A DNA stretch of 64,000 nucleotides from Nitrospinota bacterium (GTDB lineage: Bacteria > JADFOP01 > DATKYB01), in the NCBI GenBank assembly GCA_035528715.1, contig DATKYB010000054.1, positions 131 to 64,130 of the forward strand, given 5' to 3'. The translations under genes were made by a program, and so were the position numbers. Below the pieces are notes generated by a model. The model saw only the letters and a program-made list of their open reading frames with translations, searched no databases and was not told the DNA's origin. This document shows positions 17,996-29,231 of this stretch, in pieces (the stretch's first letter is position 1; each line of letters opens with the position of its first letter).

Positions 17996-18832
17996 TTATT
18001 TCTCTTTCTTTTTTGACAAGAACTTTCCTAATTCTTTAGATCTCTTGGTAGCTGCCTCTATTGCATTCATAATTATCTCGCTTAAACCCTCTTTCTCTAG
18101 GACATGAAGTCCGGCTACGGTCGTGCCTCCTGGAGAGGTAACCATATCCCTTAATCTTGCAGGATGTTCGCCTGTCTCAACGATCATCTTCGCAGAACCC
18201 AGTAAAGTTTGAACAGATAATTCTTGAGACACCTCTCTACTGAGACCCATCTTAACTCCTGCGGCTATCAGTGCCTCTACAATTGTAAAGATATATGCAG
18301 GCCCGCTACCGCTTAAACCTGTCACAGCATCCATCAATTTTTCATCGATAATTACAGTCTTCCCTATTGTATTAAAAATTTTTCTTGCTGTTTCTAGATC
18401 ATCCTCTGTAGCATAATTCCCTTTAGATAACGCAGCAGCTCCTTCTTGAATAAGGGCGGGGGTATTTGGCATAACTCTTATTAGCCTAATCTTAGAACTG
18501 GAAAAAGACTCGATAAATTTTAATGAAACCCCTGCAGCAATGGATATCAATAGTTTTGATCTGTTAATCTCACCAGCAATCTCTTTGAGTACTGTGGTTA
18601 TATCTTGAGGTTTCACAGCAAGGATAATGATATCTCCCTTTTTAACTGCATCTCTATTCCTTTGAACAGCCTCGACAGAATAGGTCTTTTTGATATAACG
18701 AAGCCTTTCCTTGCTTATATCCATACCAATAATGTTCTTTGAGGAGATAAAATTTTTCCCCAATAAACCTTTTATCAATGCCTCACCCATATTCCCACAG
18801 CCTATAAATGCTAATTTATAATTCTTCTTCAA
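17996..18832 (-). CDS. proC: Pyrroline-5-carboxylate reductase ProC
   Basis: N-terminal Rossmann motif IGCGNMGEALIKGL and C-terminal P5CR dimerisation domain (VTSPGGTTVAGL). Confidence 0.9.
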   Translation of the reverse strand: MKKNYKLAFIGCGNMGEALIKGLLGKNFISSKNIIGMDISKERLRYIKKTYSVEAVQRNRDAVKKGDIIILAVKPQDITTVLKEIAGEINRSKLLISIAAGVSLKFIESFSSSKIRLIRVMPNTPALIQEGAAALSKGNYATEDDLETARKIFNTIGKTVIIDEKLMDAVTGLSGSGPAYIFTIVEALIAAGVKMGLSREVSQELSVQTLLGSAKMIVETGEHPARLRDMVTSPGGTTVAGLHVLEKEGLSEIIMNAIEAATKRSKELGKFLSKKKEK

Positions 18833-18841
18833 AAGTGCCTC

Positions 18842-19534
18842 CTAATATTGTCTCTCTCCAAATATAGTTGTTCCTACCCTTACCATAGTAGCCCCCTCTT
18901 CTATTGCAATCTCAAAATCATTAGACATCCCCATTGAGAGCTCTTCTATAGAAACTCCTTCTATCTCTTGCTTTTCGATCTCATCTTTTAACTCTCGAAG
19001 CTTTATAAAATAGGGCCTGGCATCTTCTGGGTCATTAAAGAAGGGAGGCATGGTCATTAAACCCTTAATAGAAATATGCTCATAGTTAGAAATCTCTTTT
19101 ATGATCTTCATCATCTCTGCTGCTTCCATGCCATATTTTGTCTCTTCCCCTGATATGTTAACCTGGATAAGAATATCCATTACCTTTCCTTTTTTTTTAC
19201 CAATTCTATCAATCTCATGTGCTAATGGAATGCTGTCAACAGAGTGAACCATATCGAAAAGGTCAAAAATATACTTAACCTTATTCCTCTGAAGATGTCC
19301 TATCATATGCCACTTTACATCCCTGCCTATATCTTCTATCTTATCCCTAGCCTCTTGGACCCTGTTTTCTCCAAAAAGTTGATGCCCTGCCTTAATCGCC
19401 TCTTTAATGCGATGAACATCCACAGTTTTGGAAACAGCAATGAGTTTTACCTCATTAGAATTTCTGCCACTTCTCTCCGCAGCCTTTTTCATTCTTTCTT
19501 TAACTTCTAATAGATTATCTTTAATAAAAGACAT
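18842..19534 (-). CDS. YggS family PLP-binding homeostasis protein. The track ORF extends to 19579; the ATG at 19534 (MSFIKDNL...) fits the family length.
   Basis: Alanine-racemase-N-like fold (KLIAVSKT ... HMIGHLQRNK...). About 230 aa from the internal start. Confidence 0.8.
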   Translation of the reverse strand: MSFIKDNLLEVKERMKKAAERSGRNSNEVKLIAVSKTVDVHRIKEAIKAGHQLFGENRVQEARDKIEDIGRDVKWHMIGHLQRNKVKYIFDLFDMVHSVDSIPLAHEIDRIGKKKGKVMDILIQVNISGEETKYGMEAAEMMKIIKEISNYEHISIKGLMTMPPFFNDPEDARPYFIKLRELKDEIEKQEIEGVSIEELSMGMSNDFEIAIEEGATMVRVGTTIFGERQY

Positions 19535-19861
19535 ATCAAAGACTCCAAAAAACCATTGAATATTTTTAAAATATAACATTTAAAAAAAAAGACTTCAACA
19601 AAAATAAGGAAATCTCTCTGCTCTTTCAAATATTTAACTTTGTAAATTATAGGAAATAAGGTATCTTGAGCTAAAGAGTCAAAAATGTGGCAATTTTTTA
19701 TGAAATTTGACAACTATTTGACTGCTCTGCGAAACTTTCAAATAAAAAGTCCCTTCATAAAAAACTCATTAAATCAGAATGTTATACATAAGAAACATTA
19801 GTAAAAAATACTAGGTATATTATTTGCATATTCGGTATATAAATTTTATAGGATTTCTTGA

Positions 19862-20146
19862 ATGTTAGAAAAAACAAATATTGATAATATAAAGAGATTA
19901 ATCCTTTGTATAAGTCACGAAATAAACAATCCTTTAAACACAATATCTCTTAATGCCCAATTATTAAAGAGAACAACGAATGAGGATATCTTAAAACGGG
20001 CAGCTATCATTGACAGTAGTGTGGATAGACTAAAAAATATAATTTCCCAGATGCTCCAATCAGTAAATAACCATCCTAGACATATTAAGAATGCAAAGAT
20101 AATAGATCTTAAAAAATTTAAAGAGAGAAAGATGTTTCATCTCTGA
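19862..20146 (+). CDS. Stand-alone histidine-kinase DHp (HisKA) domain protein of 94 aa with no catalytic ATP-binding domain
   Basis: H-box ISHEINNPLNTISLNAQLL closely resembles the DHp of the PAS kinase at 59058..60767 (IAHEIRNPLTSISGSVQLL). The ORF ends just after DHp helix 2. Weak SD. Confidence 0.4.
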   Translation: MLEKTNIDNIKRLILCISHEINNPLNTISLNAQLLKRTTNEDILKRAAIIDSSVDRLKNIISQMLQSVNNHPRHIKNAKIIDLKKFKERKMFHL

Positions 20147-20162
20147 AGCTATGCTCTTTGAT

Positions 20163-20906
20163 TTATTCTTCATCGGCTAACATTGCTATATTAATCATTC
20201 TCCCCTTTTCTTTATTATTTCTTCGATATGAATAAAATTCTCTATAATGACAACATGTGCATAAATCTATAATCAATATATTTTCTCTTTTAACACCTTC
20301 TTCTAATAACTGATCATAATTTATACCACCAAGATCTAAAAAAAATTTATTATTATCGTTTCCTTTGATATATCTTTTAAAATGAATAAATTCTTTTTTA
20401 AAAAACTCTATTACATTTTCACCCACTTCATAACAACATGCTTTGATAGACGGTCCCATACCAACAAGAACATCACTCGGATTAGCACCAAAGAATTCTT
20501 TTAATTTTTTAATGACTTTCTTTGTAATCTTTAAAAGGGTTCCTTTTCTCCCAGCATGAACTATGGCTATTATCTTTTTTTTGGGATCAAATATAATTAT
20601 TGGGATACAATCAGCGGTCCTAACAGCAATAGGAAGGTTAATCTGATTTGTAATAATTGCATCACCTCTAAAATCATTTAAAGAATCCAAATCAATCTTT
20701 TTTTCAATGATAAGTATATGACTGCTGTGGATTTGTTTTATGGATAAAACCCTCTCTTTAAAAATATTCAAAGCATTGTAAAATTGCTTTTCCTTGTCAT
20801 TCAACCGAAAACTAAATCCATGAATAAAAAATGGAAATTGTTCTAGTCTCTTGAATGTAACATAGCTAATCCTTCTGTAACTTTTTATGAGATAACTATT
20901 CCCCAT
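20163..20906 (-). CDS. pgeF: Peptidoglycan editing factor PgeF (YfiH/YlmD, DUF152 laccase-domain protein)
   Basis: Conserved RTADCIPIIIFD and AIVHAGRKG motifs; canonical position downstream of ftsZ. Confidence 0.85.
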   Translation of the reverse strand: MGNSYLIKSYRRISYVTFKRLEQFPFFIHGFSFRLNDKEKQFYNALNIFKERVLSIKQIHSSHILIIEKKIDLDSLNDFRGDAIITNQINLPIAVRTADCIPIIIFDPKKKIIAIVHAGRKGTLLKITKKVIKKLKEFFGANPSDVLVGMGPSIKACCYEVGENVIEFFKKEFIHFKRYIKGNDNNKFFLDLGGINYDQLLEEGVKRENILIIDLCTCCHYREFYSYRRNNKEKGRMINIAMLADEE

Positions 20907-22599
20907 ATCTTATGTTCTTTTCTCTTTTATTAAAAAGGTAGTCTTTTTCTATGCCGATATCGATATGATCCCACGGAAATATCTCTTTATAATCTCTTTT
21001 TCTATATACATAAAACTCTGGATTAATATTTACCTCTTTAATTGCTTTACGCCAATCTTCCCTTAGATTGTAAGAAGCAAGTAAAAGTTCTCCAACCCTT
21101 CTATCGCCCCTTGATAATATTGCTTGGATAAATGACCATTTGGGAAGTTCATGAATAACAAAGACATTTGCAACCTTTTTCAAGCCATTTTTAATAATCT
21201 TCAACTTTCTTTCTAAAGACTTTACATCCTCCATTCTATCCCATTGAAAAGGGGTAAAAGGCTTGGGAACAAAAGGATTTATACTCAAAGTTATATTCCC
21301 CAATCTTCCTTTTTTTCTCGAGTCTTTTAAGATGTAATGTTTTATCCTTTTTATCAAATCTATTAATCCTTGAATATCTCCCTCTGTTTCAGTTGGAATA
21401 CCAATTAAAAAATACAATTTTATATGCGGTATGTCTTCGGCAGTAATTAATCTTATACCTTTTATAATTTCCTCATCTGTCATCTCTTTATTTATAAACC
21501 TTCTCAGGCGTTCTGTTCCGGCTTCAGGGGCAAACGCCAATGTCTTATGCCCGCTTGCAGCTAAACACTTAATAAAGTCTTCTGAAAGGGCATCAATTCT
21601 TAAAGAAGATACTGATATCTTCCCTCCCATCTTTAAGATAGCGTGACAGATAGACTCTATCTGTGGATGATCCATTAAGGAAGAACCCACAAGACCAATC
21701 TTATTACTATACTGCAATCCTTTTTTAACATCTTCAATGATGATCTCTTTGCTTGAATATCGGGGTGGACCATATACATGACTTGTAACACAAAATTTAC
21801 AGTTTTTCCCGCATCCCCGTTCTATCTCTATAAGATATATATCAGAAAATTCTGTATTCACTGTAAAAATCTTTGTAGAAGTAGGAAAGTTATCGATATT
21901 TTTTGTATATCTTTTCTTTATCTTCTCTGGATAACCCTTCTTTGCCTTAAGAGATCTTATTCTTCCATCAGAATAATAACTAATCTTATATCCTGAAGGG
22001 ATATATATCCCCTCAATTTTAGAAAATCTCTTTACGATTTCCTCCTTTTTTCCTCTAATACCTAAAGTGCTTCTGAATTCATCTAAAAAATCTTTTATTG
22101 CCTCCTCTCCCTCTCCTATTATAAACATATCGATAAAATCTGCTAAAGGCTCTGGATTATAAAAGGTGCAAACACCTCCAGCGATAACGATTGGAAAATA
22201 ATTTTTACGTTGATTTGATAACAAAGGAATCCCAGCTAAATCCAAAATCCTCAAAATGTTTATATAATCTGCTTCGAAGGATATCGAAAAGGCAAGGATA
22301 TTGAAATCTACTATAGGAATTTGACTCTCAAAAGAGAATAGAGGGATTTTTCTTCTGATAAAAACCTCAATATCTTCTTTATCTGGTAAAAATACTCGTT
22401 CACAAACAACATCTTCTTCTTTATTTAATAAATAATAAATATTTTGAAATCCTAAGTTTGACATTCCCACTTGGTAAAGATTGGGATATGCCAAAGCGAC
22501 AGATATTCTATCCCTAAAGGTTTTTTTTACAGTACCTTTTTCATCATTTATCAATCTCCTGATTTTATCAATATACTTCAATGCATCACCAAAAATCAA
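20896..22599 (-). CDS. B12-binding-domain radical SAM protein (TIGR03960-like), embedded in the dcw cluster
   Basis: CGKNCKFC (Cx3Cx2C) radical-SAM motif preceded by a cobalamin-binding-like N-terminal domain. TTG start overlaps the ftsZ stop by 4 nt, and its 3' end overlaps pgeF by 11 nt. Confidence 0.8.
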   Translation of the reverse strand: MIFGDALKYIDKIRRLINDEKGTVKKTFRDRISVALAYPNLYQVGMSNLGFQNIYYLLNKEEDVVCERVFLPDKEDIEVFIRRKIPLFSFESQIPIVDFNILAFSISFEADYINILRILDLAGIPLLSNQRKNYFPIVIAGGVCTFYNPEPLADFIDMFIIGEGEEAIKDFLDEFRSTLGIRGKKEEIVKRFSKIEGIYIPSGYKISYYSDGRIRSLKAKKGYPEKIKKRYTKNIDNFPTSTKIFTVNTEFSDIYLIEIERGCGKNCKFCVTSHVYGPPRYSSKEIIIEDVKKGLQYSNKIGLVGSSLMDHPQIESICHAILKMGGKISVSSLRIDALSEDFIKCLAASGHKTLAFAPEAGTERLRRFINKEMTDEEIIKGIRLITAEDIPHIKLYFLIGIPTETEGDIQGLIDLIKRIKHYILKDSRKKGRLGNITLSINPFVPKPFTPFQWDRMEDVKSLERKLKIIKNGLKKVANVFVIHELPKWSFIQAILSRGDRRVGELLLASYNLREDWRKAIKEVNINPEFYVYRKRDYKEIFPWDHIDIGIEKDYLFNKREKNIRYGE

Positions 22600-23741
22600 T
22601 CAGGTTGTTTCCTTAGAAAAGTTGGTACGTCTAATTCCCTATCATCAAGGTATGATGTCTCTAAGGCTATTTTAACATTTGGTTCTTTTTTACGATTCTG
22701 TCTGATATGGGTCGGTATTTCAATATCATCTCCACCTGCCACTGCCTTCAATCTTCTAACAGAGGATTCTTCTTTTTTCTCATCTTGTATATTAAAACCA
22801 GTAGCAATCACTGTAACCCTAACTTCTTCTCCCATACTTTCATCAAGCACCGATCCAAATATGATATGGGCATCCTCATGGGCACTTTCATAAATGATAG
22901 TTGCGGCTTCATTCACTTCATACAGGCTCAGATCGTTTCCTCCTGTAATATTAATCAGAACGCCTCTTGCACCTTCAATGGAAGACTCTTCTAATAGTGG
23001 ACTAGAGACCGCTCTTTGCGCTGCCTCTACAGCCCTGCTTTCTCCTCTGGCAACACCCGCACCCATTAAAGCCATTCCCATTTCAGACATAATCGTTCTT
23101 ACATCTGCAAAATCTAGATTGATGAGGCCTGGAACAGTTATAAGATCAGATATGCCCCTTACTGCTTGCTTCAAAATATCATCAGCGATCCTAAACGCAT
23201 CTCTAAGAGAAGTCTGTTTTCCAACAACATTTAACAGCCTCTGATTAGGAATCGTTATCAATGTATCAACCGATTCTTTTAGTTCCTTAATTCCATCCTC
23301 AGCCTGAAGAGCTCTTTTTTTCCCTTCAAACAAAAATGGTTTCGTAACAACGGCTACAGCTAATGCACCTTTATCTCTTGCTATTTTCGCTATTATAGGC
23401 GCTCCTCCAGTGCCTGTTCCTCCACCCATCCCTGCAGTAATAAAAACCATATCTGCTTCACCAATGATATCTGCAATCTTATCAGTATCTTCTAAAGCAG
23501 CTTTTCTTCCAATCTCAGGATTAGCCCCAGCTCCTAAGCCTTTGGTTATTTCTTTTCCTAACTGGAGTTTGTGAGTCGCTAAAGATGCCTCCAGAGCTTG
23601 CATATCAGTGTTTGCGATAACAAAATCAACCCCTTCTAATCGCGATGCGATCATAGTGTTGACAGCATTACCACCTCCTCCGCCAACACCAATAACCTTG
23701 ATTTTAGCCGATAAATCTATATCTTCAACAAATTCGAACAT
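22596..23741 (-). CDS. ftsZ: Cell division protein FtsZ. Start moved to the ATG at 23741; the track start at 23759 is TTG.
   Basis: Tubulin signature GGGTGTG; T7 loop NLDFADV; GGAGG SD 8 nt upstream of the ATG (MFEFVEDID...). Confidence 0.95.
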   Translation of the reverse strand: MFEFVEDIDLSAKIKVIGVGGGGGNAVNTMIASRLEGVDFVIANTDMQALEASLATHKLQLGKEITKGLGAGANPEIGRKAALEDTDKIADIIGEADMVFITAGMGGGTGTGGAPIIAKIARDKGALAVAVVTKPFLFEGKKRALQAEDGIKELKESVDTLITIPNQRLLNVVGKQTSLRDAFRIADDILKQAVRGISDLITVPGLINLDFADVRTIMSEMGMALMGAGVARGESRAVEAAQRAVSSPLLEESSIEGARGVLINITGGNDLSLYEVNEAATIIYESAHEDAHIIFGSVLDESMGEEVRVTVIATGFNIQDEKKEESSVRRLKAVAGGDDIEIPTHIRQNRKKEPNVKIALETSYLDDRELDVPTFLRKQPD

Positions 23742-23766
23742 CCCTCTTCCTCCTTTCAAGTTTTTA

Positions 23767-24999
23767 TTAAAAAACTCTTAAAACTGTCTCTTTCATTCGT
23801 TCGAACATCTTCCCTAACATTCTATTGTTACCAGATCCATTGAATTTCCCATTGTTTTGATTGTTATATCCATATAGAACCAACCCAACGCCTGTAGCAT
23901 ACATAGGACTGTTTACCACATCAACTAATCCCCCAATACCGATAGGCATACCGACCCTTACAGGTAATTCAAATGTCTGCTCACCTATCTCAGACATTCC
24001 CTCCATTATTGCAGCCCCCCCCGTAATCACGACACCAGAAGCAATCAGTTCATTGAATCCCGACATAAGCAACTCTTTCTTAACAAGGGTAAACAATTCT
24101 TTAATCCTCGGTTCTATTATCTCACTTAAAATCTTTCGGGAAAGAGTCCTGGGCATCCTTCCGCCTACACTTGGCACCTCTATTGTTTCATCTTCTTTGA
24201 CGAGAGATGTCATGGCACAACCATATCGCTTTTTAATTTTTTCTGCTTCTACTGATGGTGTCTTCAAACCTATTGCAATATCATTTGTCACATGGTTCCC
24301 GCCAATGGGTAACACCGATGTATGTCTAACACTTCCATCATAGAACAGAGCAATGTCAGTTGTTCCTCCTCCAATATCCACAATTACAACACCTAACTCT
24401 TGTTCATCCGGGGTTAGAACTGCTTCGCTAGAAGCCAGTTGATCTAAAACAATATCTTTAACTTCTATATTTCCTTTGTTCACACATTTTACAATATTTT
24501 GTAACGATGTCGCTGCACCCGTAACAATATGAACTTTTCCTTCTAATCTTACCCCTGAGATACCCAAAGGATCTTTAATGCCATCCTGCTCATCAATAAT
24601 AAACTCTTGGGATAAGACATGAATAATTTCTCTATCAAAAGGCATGGCCATAGCCTTCGCAGCGTCTATAACTCTCTCTATATCTGATTGTACCACCTCC
24701 TTATTTTTTATGGCGATGATGCCATGGCTGTTTAGACCCTTAATATGAGAACCTGTAATACTGACATAAGCAGAATCAATCTCTATTCCTGCCATAAGTT
24801 CCGCCTCTTCAATAGCTTTCTTAATCGAGTCTACTGTACTATCAATATTGACTACTACACCCTTTTTCAATCCCTTTGACGGATGGATTCCTATTCCTAT
24901 GATATCTATCTCATTTTCTTCACCCAGCGCACCTACAATTGCACAGATCTTTGAAGTCCCTATATCTAAACCTACAATTGTATCTCCTTTCTTAATCAT
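23767..24999 (-). CDS. ftsA: Cell division protein FtsA
   Basis: Actin-like ATPase fold ([10 protein letters not shown] ... DIGGGTTD), 410 aa, immediately upstream of ftsZ. Confidence 0.95.
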   Translation of the reverse strand: MIKKGDTIVGLDIGTSKICAIVGALGEENEIDIIGIGIHPSKGLKKGVVVNIDSTVDSIKKAIEEAELMAGIEIDSAYVSITGSHIKGLNSHGIIAIKNKEVVQSDIERVIDAAKAMAMPFDREIIHVLSQEFIIDEQDGIKDPLGISGVRLEGKVHIVTGAATSLQNIVKCVNKGNIEVKDIVLDQLASSEAVLTPDEQELGVVIVDIGGGTTDIALFYDGSVRHTSVLPIGGNHVTNDIAIGLKTPSVEAEKIKKRYGCAMTSLVKEDETIEVPSVGGRMPRTLSRKILSEIIEPRIKELFTLVKKELLMSGFNELIASGVVITGGAAIMEGMSEIGEQTFELPVRVGMPIGIGGLVDVVNSPMYATGVGLVLYGYNNQNNGKFNGSGNNRMLGKMFERMKETVLRVF

Positions 25000-25017
25000 A
25001 TCCTTATCACCTCCTCC

Positions 25018-25803
25018 TTAAAATAATTTAACAACAACCTTTTTTCTAAAGCAAAGATCAACATATTCAATCCTCCTCTTATCTTTTTTTAAAAGTTTTG
25101 ATATTGTTTTTAAACGTGAAACTTCTTTTTCAATATTGCTTTCATCCAAATTGAGACGGGTCCCATTAGTCATTTTAATAGAAACTCTTCTCATGTCAGA
25201 CATATCAACAATGAAAATATCTCTTAAGTTGTATAAACCGGAATTACTTAGGTTTTTTAAAATCGCAAGTCCTCTAAGAGGTCTTTCTAAAGATACCCTA
25301 TTTCCAATATTGTAATTTATTTTTTTGACTCCTTTAATTAAAGGGTATCTCTCTGTTTCTTCTTTAAAATCCAACTTCTTAATAATAAAGCCAGCATCAT
25401 CTAAAAGATATTTTTCAGTTGATAGCAATACTGCATAAGGTTTCCTTTCTTGAATATTGATATTAATGGTTTTTGGTAATTTTCTTTCTATTTTGACCTT
25501 TTTAATCCATGGCTCTTTTCCCAATACCTTACTTATTTTTTCTATATCTATTTTAAATATATTCATACCTGGTTCTACGGAGATCAATTCAGCGATATAT
25601 TTCTCTGATAAAAAATTTGTTCCTAATATATTTATCTCTTTTACATTAAAAAAATAAGATTGCTTAATATAGGTTATTAACTGAAAAACAAAAAAAGCTA
25701 TCAAAATGGGAATGCAGAAAATACGTAATCTGTAATAAATTTTTTTGATCTTCAAAAACCTTTTTTCCGCTGAACTCGATTTTTTTGATTTCTTATATTT
25801 CAT
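25018..25803 (-). CDS. ftsQ: Cell division protein FtsQ (POTRA domain)
   Basis: Single N-terminal transmembrane helix followed by a POTRA domain; sits between murB and ftsA. Confidence 0.8.
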   Translation of the reverse strand: MKYKKSKKSSSAEKRFLKIKKIYYRLRIFCIPILIAFFVFQLITYIKQSYFFNVKEINILGTNFLSEKYIAELISVEPGMNIFKIDIEKISKVLGKEPWIKKVKIERKLPKTININIQERKPYAVLLSTEKYLLDDAGFIIKKLDFKEETERYPLIKGVKKINYNIGNRVSLERPLRGLAILKNLSNSGLYNLRDIFIVDMSDMRRVSIKMTNGTRLNLDESNIEKEVSRLKTISKLLKKDKRRIEYVDLCFRKKVVVKLF

Positions 25804-25804
25804 G

Positions 25805-26719
25805 CTATTTCCCTACTATACAAACCTCTCTCTCTAAAGTAATACCCGTTTCTTGAAAAACTTTTTCCTCTATATACTCGATTAAACAAATAACATCCTT
25901 TGCAGAAGCTCTTCCTTTATTTATAATATAGTTTGCATGAAGCCTTGAAATCTCAGCATCACCAATACAATATCCTTTGAGCCCTAGATCATCTATAAGT
26001 TTACCCGCAGCAATATTTTGAAGATTTTTGAATATTGAACCAGCACTAGGAAAAGAGATGGGCTGAGTCTTTTTACGTGTTTTCAAGTTTTTTAGAAATA
26101 TATCTCGTATAGTATCCTTATTACCTTTTTTTAAGGAAATATCCACATCTAACACAATTCCCTCATAGGGGAGTTTTGAGGAACGATAACTGAATTGGAT
26201 ATCTTTTTTTGCTATATTAAATATCTTTCCTTGATAATCCATCAGGGTTATCGATTTAACGATATCTCCGATTTCCCAAGACTTTGTTCCCGCATTCATG
26301 ACCAGTGCGCCACCTATAGAACCTGGAATACCTGTTCCACCTTCTAGCCCTGAAAATCCTTTTTCGATACAAAAATGAATCAAATCAGACATCTTTAAAC
26401 CAGCTCCTGATTTTAGAATTAACTTTTCCTTATAGCTAGTAATCTGAATATCACTAAATCCCTTCTTTAAGTTTATAACAACTCCTCTAATACCATTATC
26501 GCTAACAATAATATTTGTTCCCTCTCCTAGAATAAAAACCGGTAAGTCATTTTCATTAATTATTTTAAGGATTTTCTGAAGTTCCTTCACATCTTTTGGG
26601 CTTATAAACACATCAGCCCTTCCCCCCAGAAGAATAGAGGTATGTTTCTTCATCTCCTCATCAAATTTCTTTTCCTGAAAATCCCTAAAAAGAGAAAAAT
26701 ACACTTCTTTTTTATCCAT
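25805..26719 (-). CDS. murB: UDP-N-acetylenolpyruvoylglucosamine reductase MurB. The start is probably the ATG at 26719; the track start at 26767 would overlap murC by 56 nt.
   Basis: FAD-binding PCMH domain (ILLGGRADVF...LGEGTNIIV) and C-terminal MurB domain. Confidence 0.85.
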   Translation of the reverse strand: MDKKEVYFSLFRDFQEKKFDEEMKKHTSILLGGRADVFISPKDVKELQKILKIINENDLPVFILGEGTNIIVSDNGIRGVVINLKKGFSDIQITSYKEKLILKSGAGLKMSDLIHFCIEKGFSGLEGGTGIPGSIGGALVMNAGTKSWEIGDIVKSITLMDYQGKIFNIAKKDIQFSYRSSKLPYEGIVLDVDISLKKGNKDTIRDIFLKNLKTRKKTQPISFPSAGSIFKNLQNIAAGKLIDDLGLKGYCIGDAEISRLHANYIINKGRASAKDVICLIEYIEEKVFQETGITLEREVCIVGK

Positions 26720-28112
26720 TATTGTTTGTTCTATTTTTTTTAGCCCCCAATTTTGAAAGGAGTTCATCTCCTACTGACGAAATATTACCTGCACCTAAGG
26801 TCAGAATCAGATCTCCTTTCTGAATGATACTCATTAGAAAATCCACAATCTCAGATTGATCTCTTATATGAAAAACAGACTTATGACCATACTTTTTCAC
26901 CCCTTCATATATAAGTCTTGAATCTATGTTTTCTATAGGCTCTTCGCCAGCTGAATATATATCAGTAATAATTAATTCGTCGGAATCATTAAAGGCTGTA
27001 AAAAAGTCGTTTAAAAGATACTGAGTTCTCGTATATCTATGAGGTTGAAAGACCACTATCATTCTTTTTTCTTTCCATACCTCTTTTGATGCCTTAAGAA
27101 CCGCACGAATCTCTGTAGGATGATGTCCGTAGTCATCTACTACTATAATCCCATTGGTTTCACCTTTGATTTCAAATCTTCTTTGGATGCCTCCAAATTC
27201 CTTCAAAGCCTTTTTGATTATTTCAAATTTTATATCTAGTTCAAGACCAACAGCTACAGTGGCCAGAGAATTATATACATTGTGGAGGCCAGGCATATTG
27301 ATAACCATCTCACCTAACTCTTTTCCCTTATTAAAAATATTAAATGATGTTTTCAATCCTGAATAGGTTATATCCTTTGCTATATAATCAGCTTGGCTTG
27401 TCACTCCGTATGTGACACATCTTTTTTCAACTTTTGGAATGAGCTCCTGAATATATTTCTGATCAAGACATAATATGGAAAGACCATAAAAAGGGACTTT
27501 ATTGATGAATTTCAAGAATCCCTCTTTGATTTTACTTATACTCTTATAATGGTCCATGTGTTCCTTATCGATAGTAGTCACAATTGCTATCGTAGGTGTT
27601 AATCTTGTAAATGAACCATCACTCTCATCAGCTTCTGCAACTAAAAAATCTCCCTGACCGAGCTTTGCATTGCTGCCAAGGCTATTTAGCTTTCCACCAA
27701 TGACCACTGTAGGGTCTAATCCACCCTTTGCTAGTACCGTGGCTATTAAAGATGTTGTTGTTGTCTTTCCATGGGAACCTGCCACAGCGATGCCATATCT
27801 TATTCTCATTAATTCTGCAAGAATCTCTGCTCTACGTATAACCGGGATCAAATTTTCCTTAGCTGATTTAATTTCTATATTATCTTGGTTTACTGCTGAG
27901 GAATAGACAACAACATCTGCATTTTTTATATTAGACTTATTATGGCCAATAAATATGCTTGCACCTAATCTTCTTAGTCTCTCTATAATATCTGAATCTT
28001 TTATATCAGAACCACTAACAGCATAGTTTAAGTTAAGAAGAAGCTCCGCAATACCACTCATTCCAATTCCACCTATGCCAACAAAATGGATATGCTGCGT
28101 CTTTCTAAACAT
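26712..28112 (-). CDS. murC: UDP-N-acetylmuramate--L-alanine ligase MurC
   Basis: Mur ligase N-terminal domain (HFVGIGGIGMSG) and central GSHGKTTTT P-loop. Confidence 0.95.
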   Translation of the reverse strand: MFRKTQHIHFVGIGGIGMSGIAELLLNLNYAVSGSDIKDSDIIERLRRLGASIFIGHNKSNIKNADVVVYSSAVNQDNIEIKSAKENLIPVIRRAEILAELMRIRYGIAVAGSHGKTTTTSLIATVLAKGGLDPTVVIGGKLNSLGSNAKLGQGDFLVAEADESDGSFTRLTPTIAIVTTIDKEHMDHYKSISKIKEGFLKFINKVPFYGLSILCLDQKYIQELIPKVEKRCVTYGVTSQADYIAKDITYSGLKTSFNIFNKGKELGEMVINMPGLHNVYNSLATVAVGLELDIKFEIIKKALKEFGGIQRRFEIKGETNGIIVVDDYGHHPTEIRAVLKASKEVWKEKRMIVVFQPHRYTRTQYLLNDFFTAFNDSDELIITDIYSAGEEPIENIDSRLIYEGVKKYGHKSVFHIRDQSEIVDFLMSIIQKGDLILTLGAGNISSVGDELLSKLGAKKNRTNNNG

Positions 28113-28121
28113 ATATTCTCC

Positions 28122-29231
28122 TTAACAATTGCCATGAACTGCTTCTTCTTTTTTTATGAGGCTATAACAGATATCGATTATCTTCTCAGCAGCATCTGTA
28201 ACCGCCATTTTTTTGCTCTTGAAACACATATCCTTAAGTTTTCCCCTGTCTTTCATCAATTCAAGTATCTTTTTTGCAAGAAACTCTCCAGTCAAATCCT
28301 TTTCTAAGATCATTTCAGCTGCGCCTGACATTTGTAGTTTTCTTGCATTAATTTCCTGGTGATTGTTGGCAGAAAATGGAAAAGGAATTAATATTGAAGC
28401 CTTACCTGCTACTGTTAGTTCAGAAAGAGTTGTGGCACCTGCTCTGCATATTATCAGATCCGCCTCCTTATATTTATCAACGATATTATAGATAAAGGGT
28501 TGAACACTTGCTAAAAAACATCTCTTTTCATACTCTTTTTTCATCAATTCCTCATTTCCTTTTCCTACTTGATGGATAATCCTTATAGAATCCTTAAACT
28601 CTTTTAGATACTCTAGTCCTTCAATAACAGCCCTGTTAATACTCTGCGCTCCTTGGCTCCCTCCAAAGATCAGTAATGTAAATTTAGAGTGATTACTATT
28701 TGATATACCATTTTTCAATTGTTCTAAAAATTCTCTTCTTATAGGATTACCGGTGAATATAACTTTATTTTTAGAAAAATAATCTTCAGTTTCTTTAAAA
28801 GAAATGGCTATTTTATCCGCAAATATCCCTAGAATCCTATTTGTAACTCCTGGTAAAAAATTCTGCTCTTGGATAATAATAGGAATTCTTAAAATATAGG
28901 CGCAAGATACCACGGGTCCAGTTACATATCCCCCTACACCTATAACGATATCTGGCTTATAGCATAATAAAATCCATAAAGATTGAAGAAATCCTATGGG
29001 TAATTTTAATAATGAAACAATGGTTCTTACTGAAATCTTACCCTTAAGACCTCCAACTGAAATTCTTTTTAGTTTAAATCCTTCTTTGGCTAATATTGAG
29101 TTTTCTAAACCTTTTTTTGTCCCTATAAAAAGCACATCAGTTTCTGGATTTCTCTTTAATAATTCCTTTGCTAAACTGATACCAGGGTATACGTGCCCCC
29201 CTGTTCCGCCACCTGCAATAAGAACTTTCAT
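28122..29231 (-). CDS. murG: UDP-N-acetylglucosamine--N-acetylmuramyl-(pentapeptide) pyrophosphoryl-undecaprenol GlcNAc transferase MurG
   Basis: GT28 family; N-terminal GGTGGHVYP motif. Confidence 0.95.
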   Translation of the reverse strand: MKVLIAGGGTGGHVYPGISLAKELLKRNPETDVLFIGTKKGLENSILAKEGFKLKRISVGGLKGKISVRTIVSLLKLPIGFLQSLWILLCYKPDIVIGVGGYVTGPVVSCAYILRIPIIIQEQNFLPGVTNRILGIFADKIAISFKETEDYFSKNKVIFTGNPIRREFLEQLKNGISNSNHSKFTLLIFGGSQGAQSINRAVIEGLEYLKEFKDSIRIIHQVGKGNEELMKKEYEKRCFLASVQPFIYNIVDKYKEADLIICRAGATTLSELTVAGKASILIPFPFSANNHQEINARKLQMSGAAEMILEKDLTGEFLAKKILELMKDRGKLKDMCFKSKKMAVTDAAEKIIDICYSLIKKEEAVHGNC

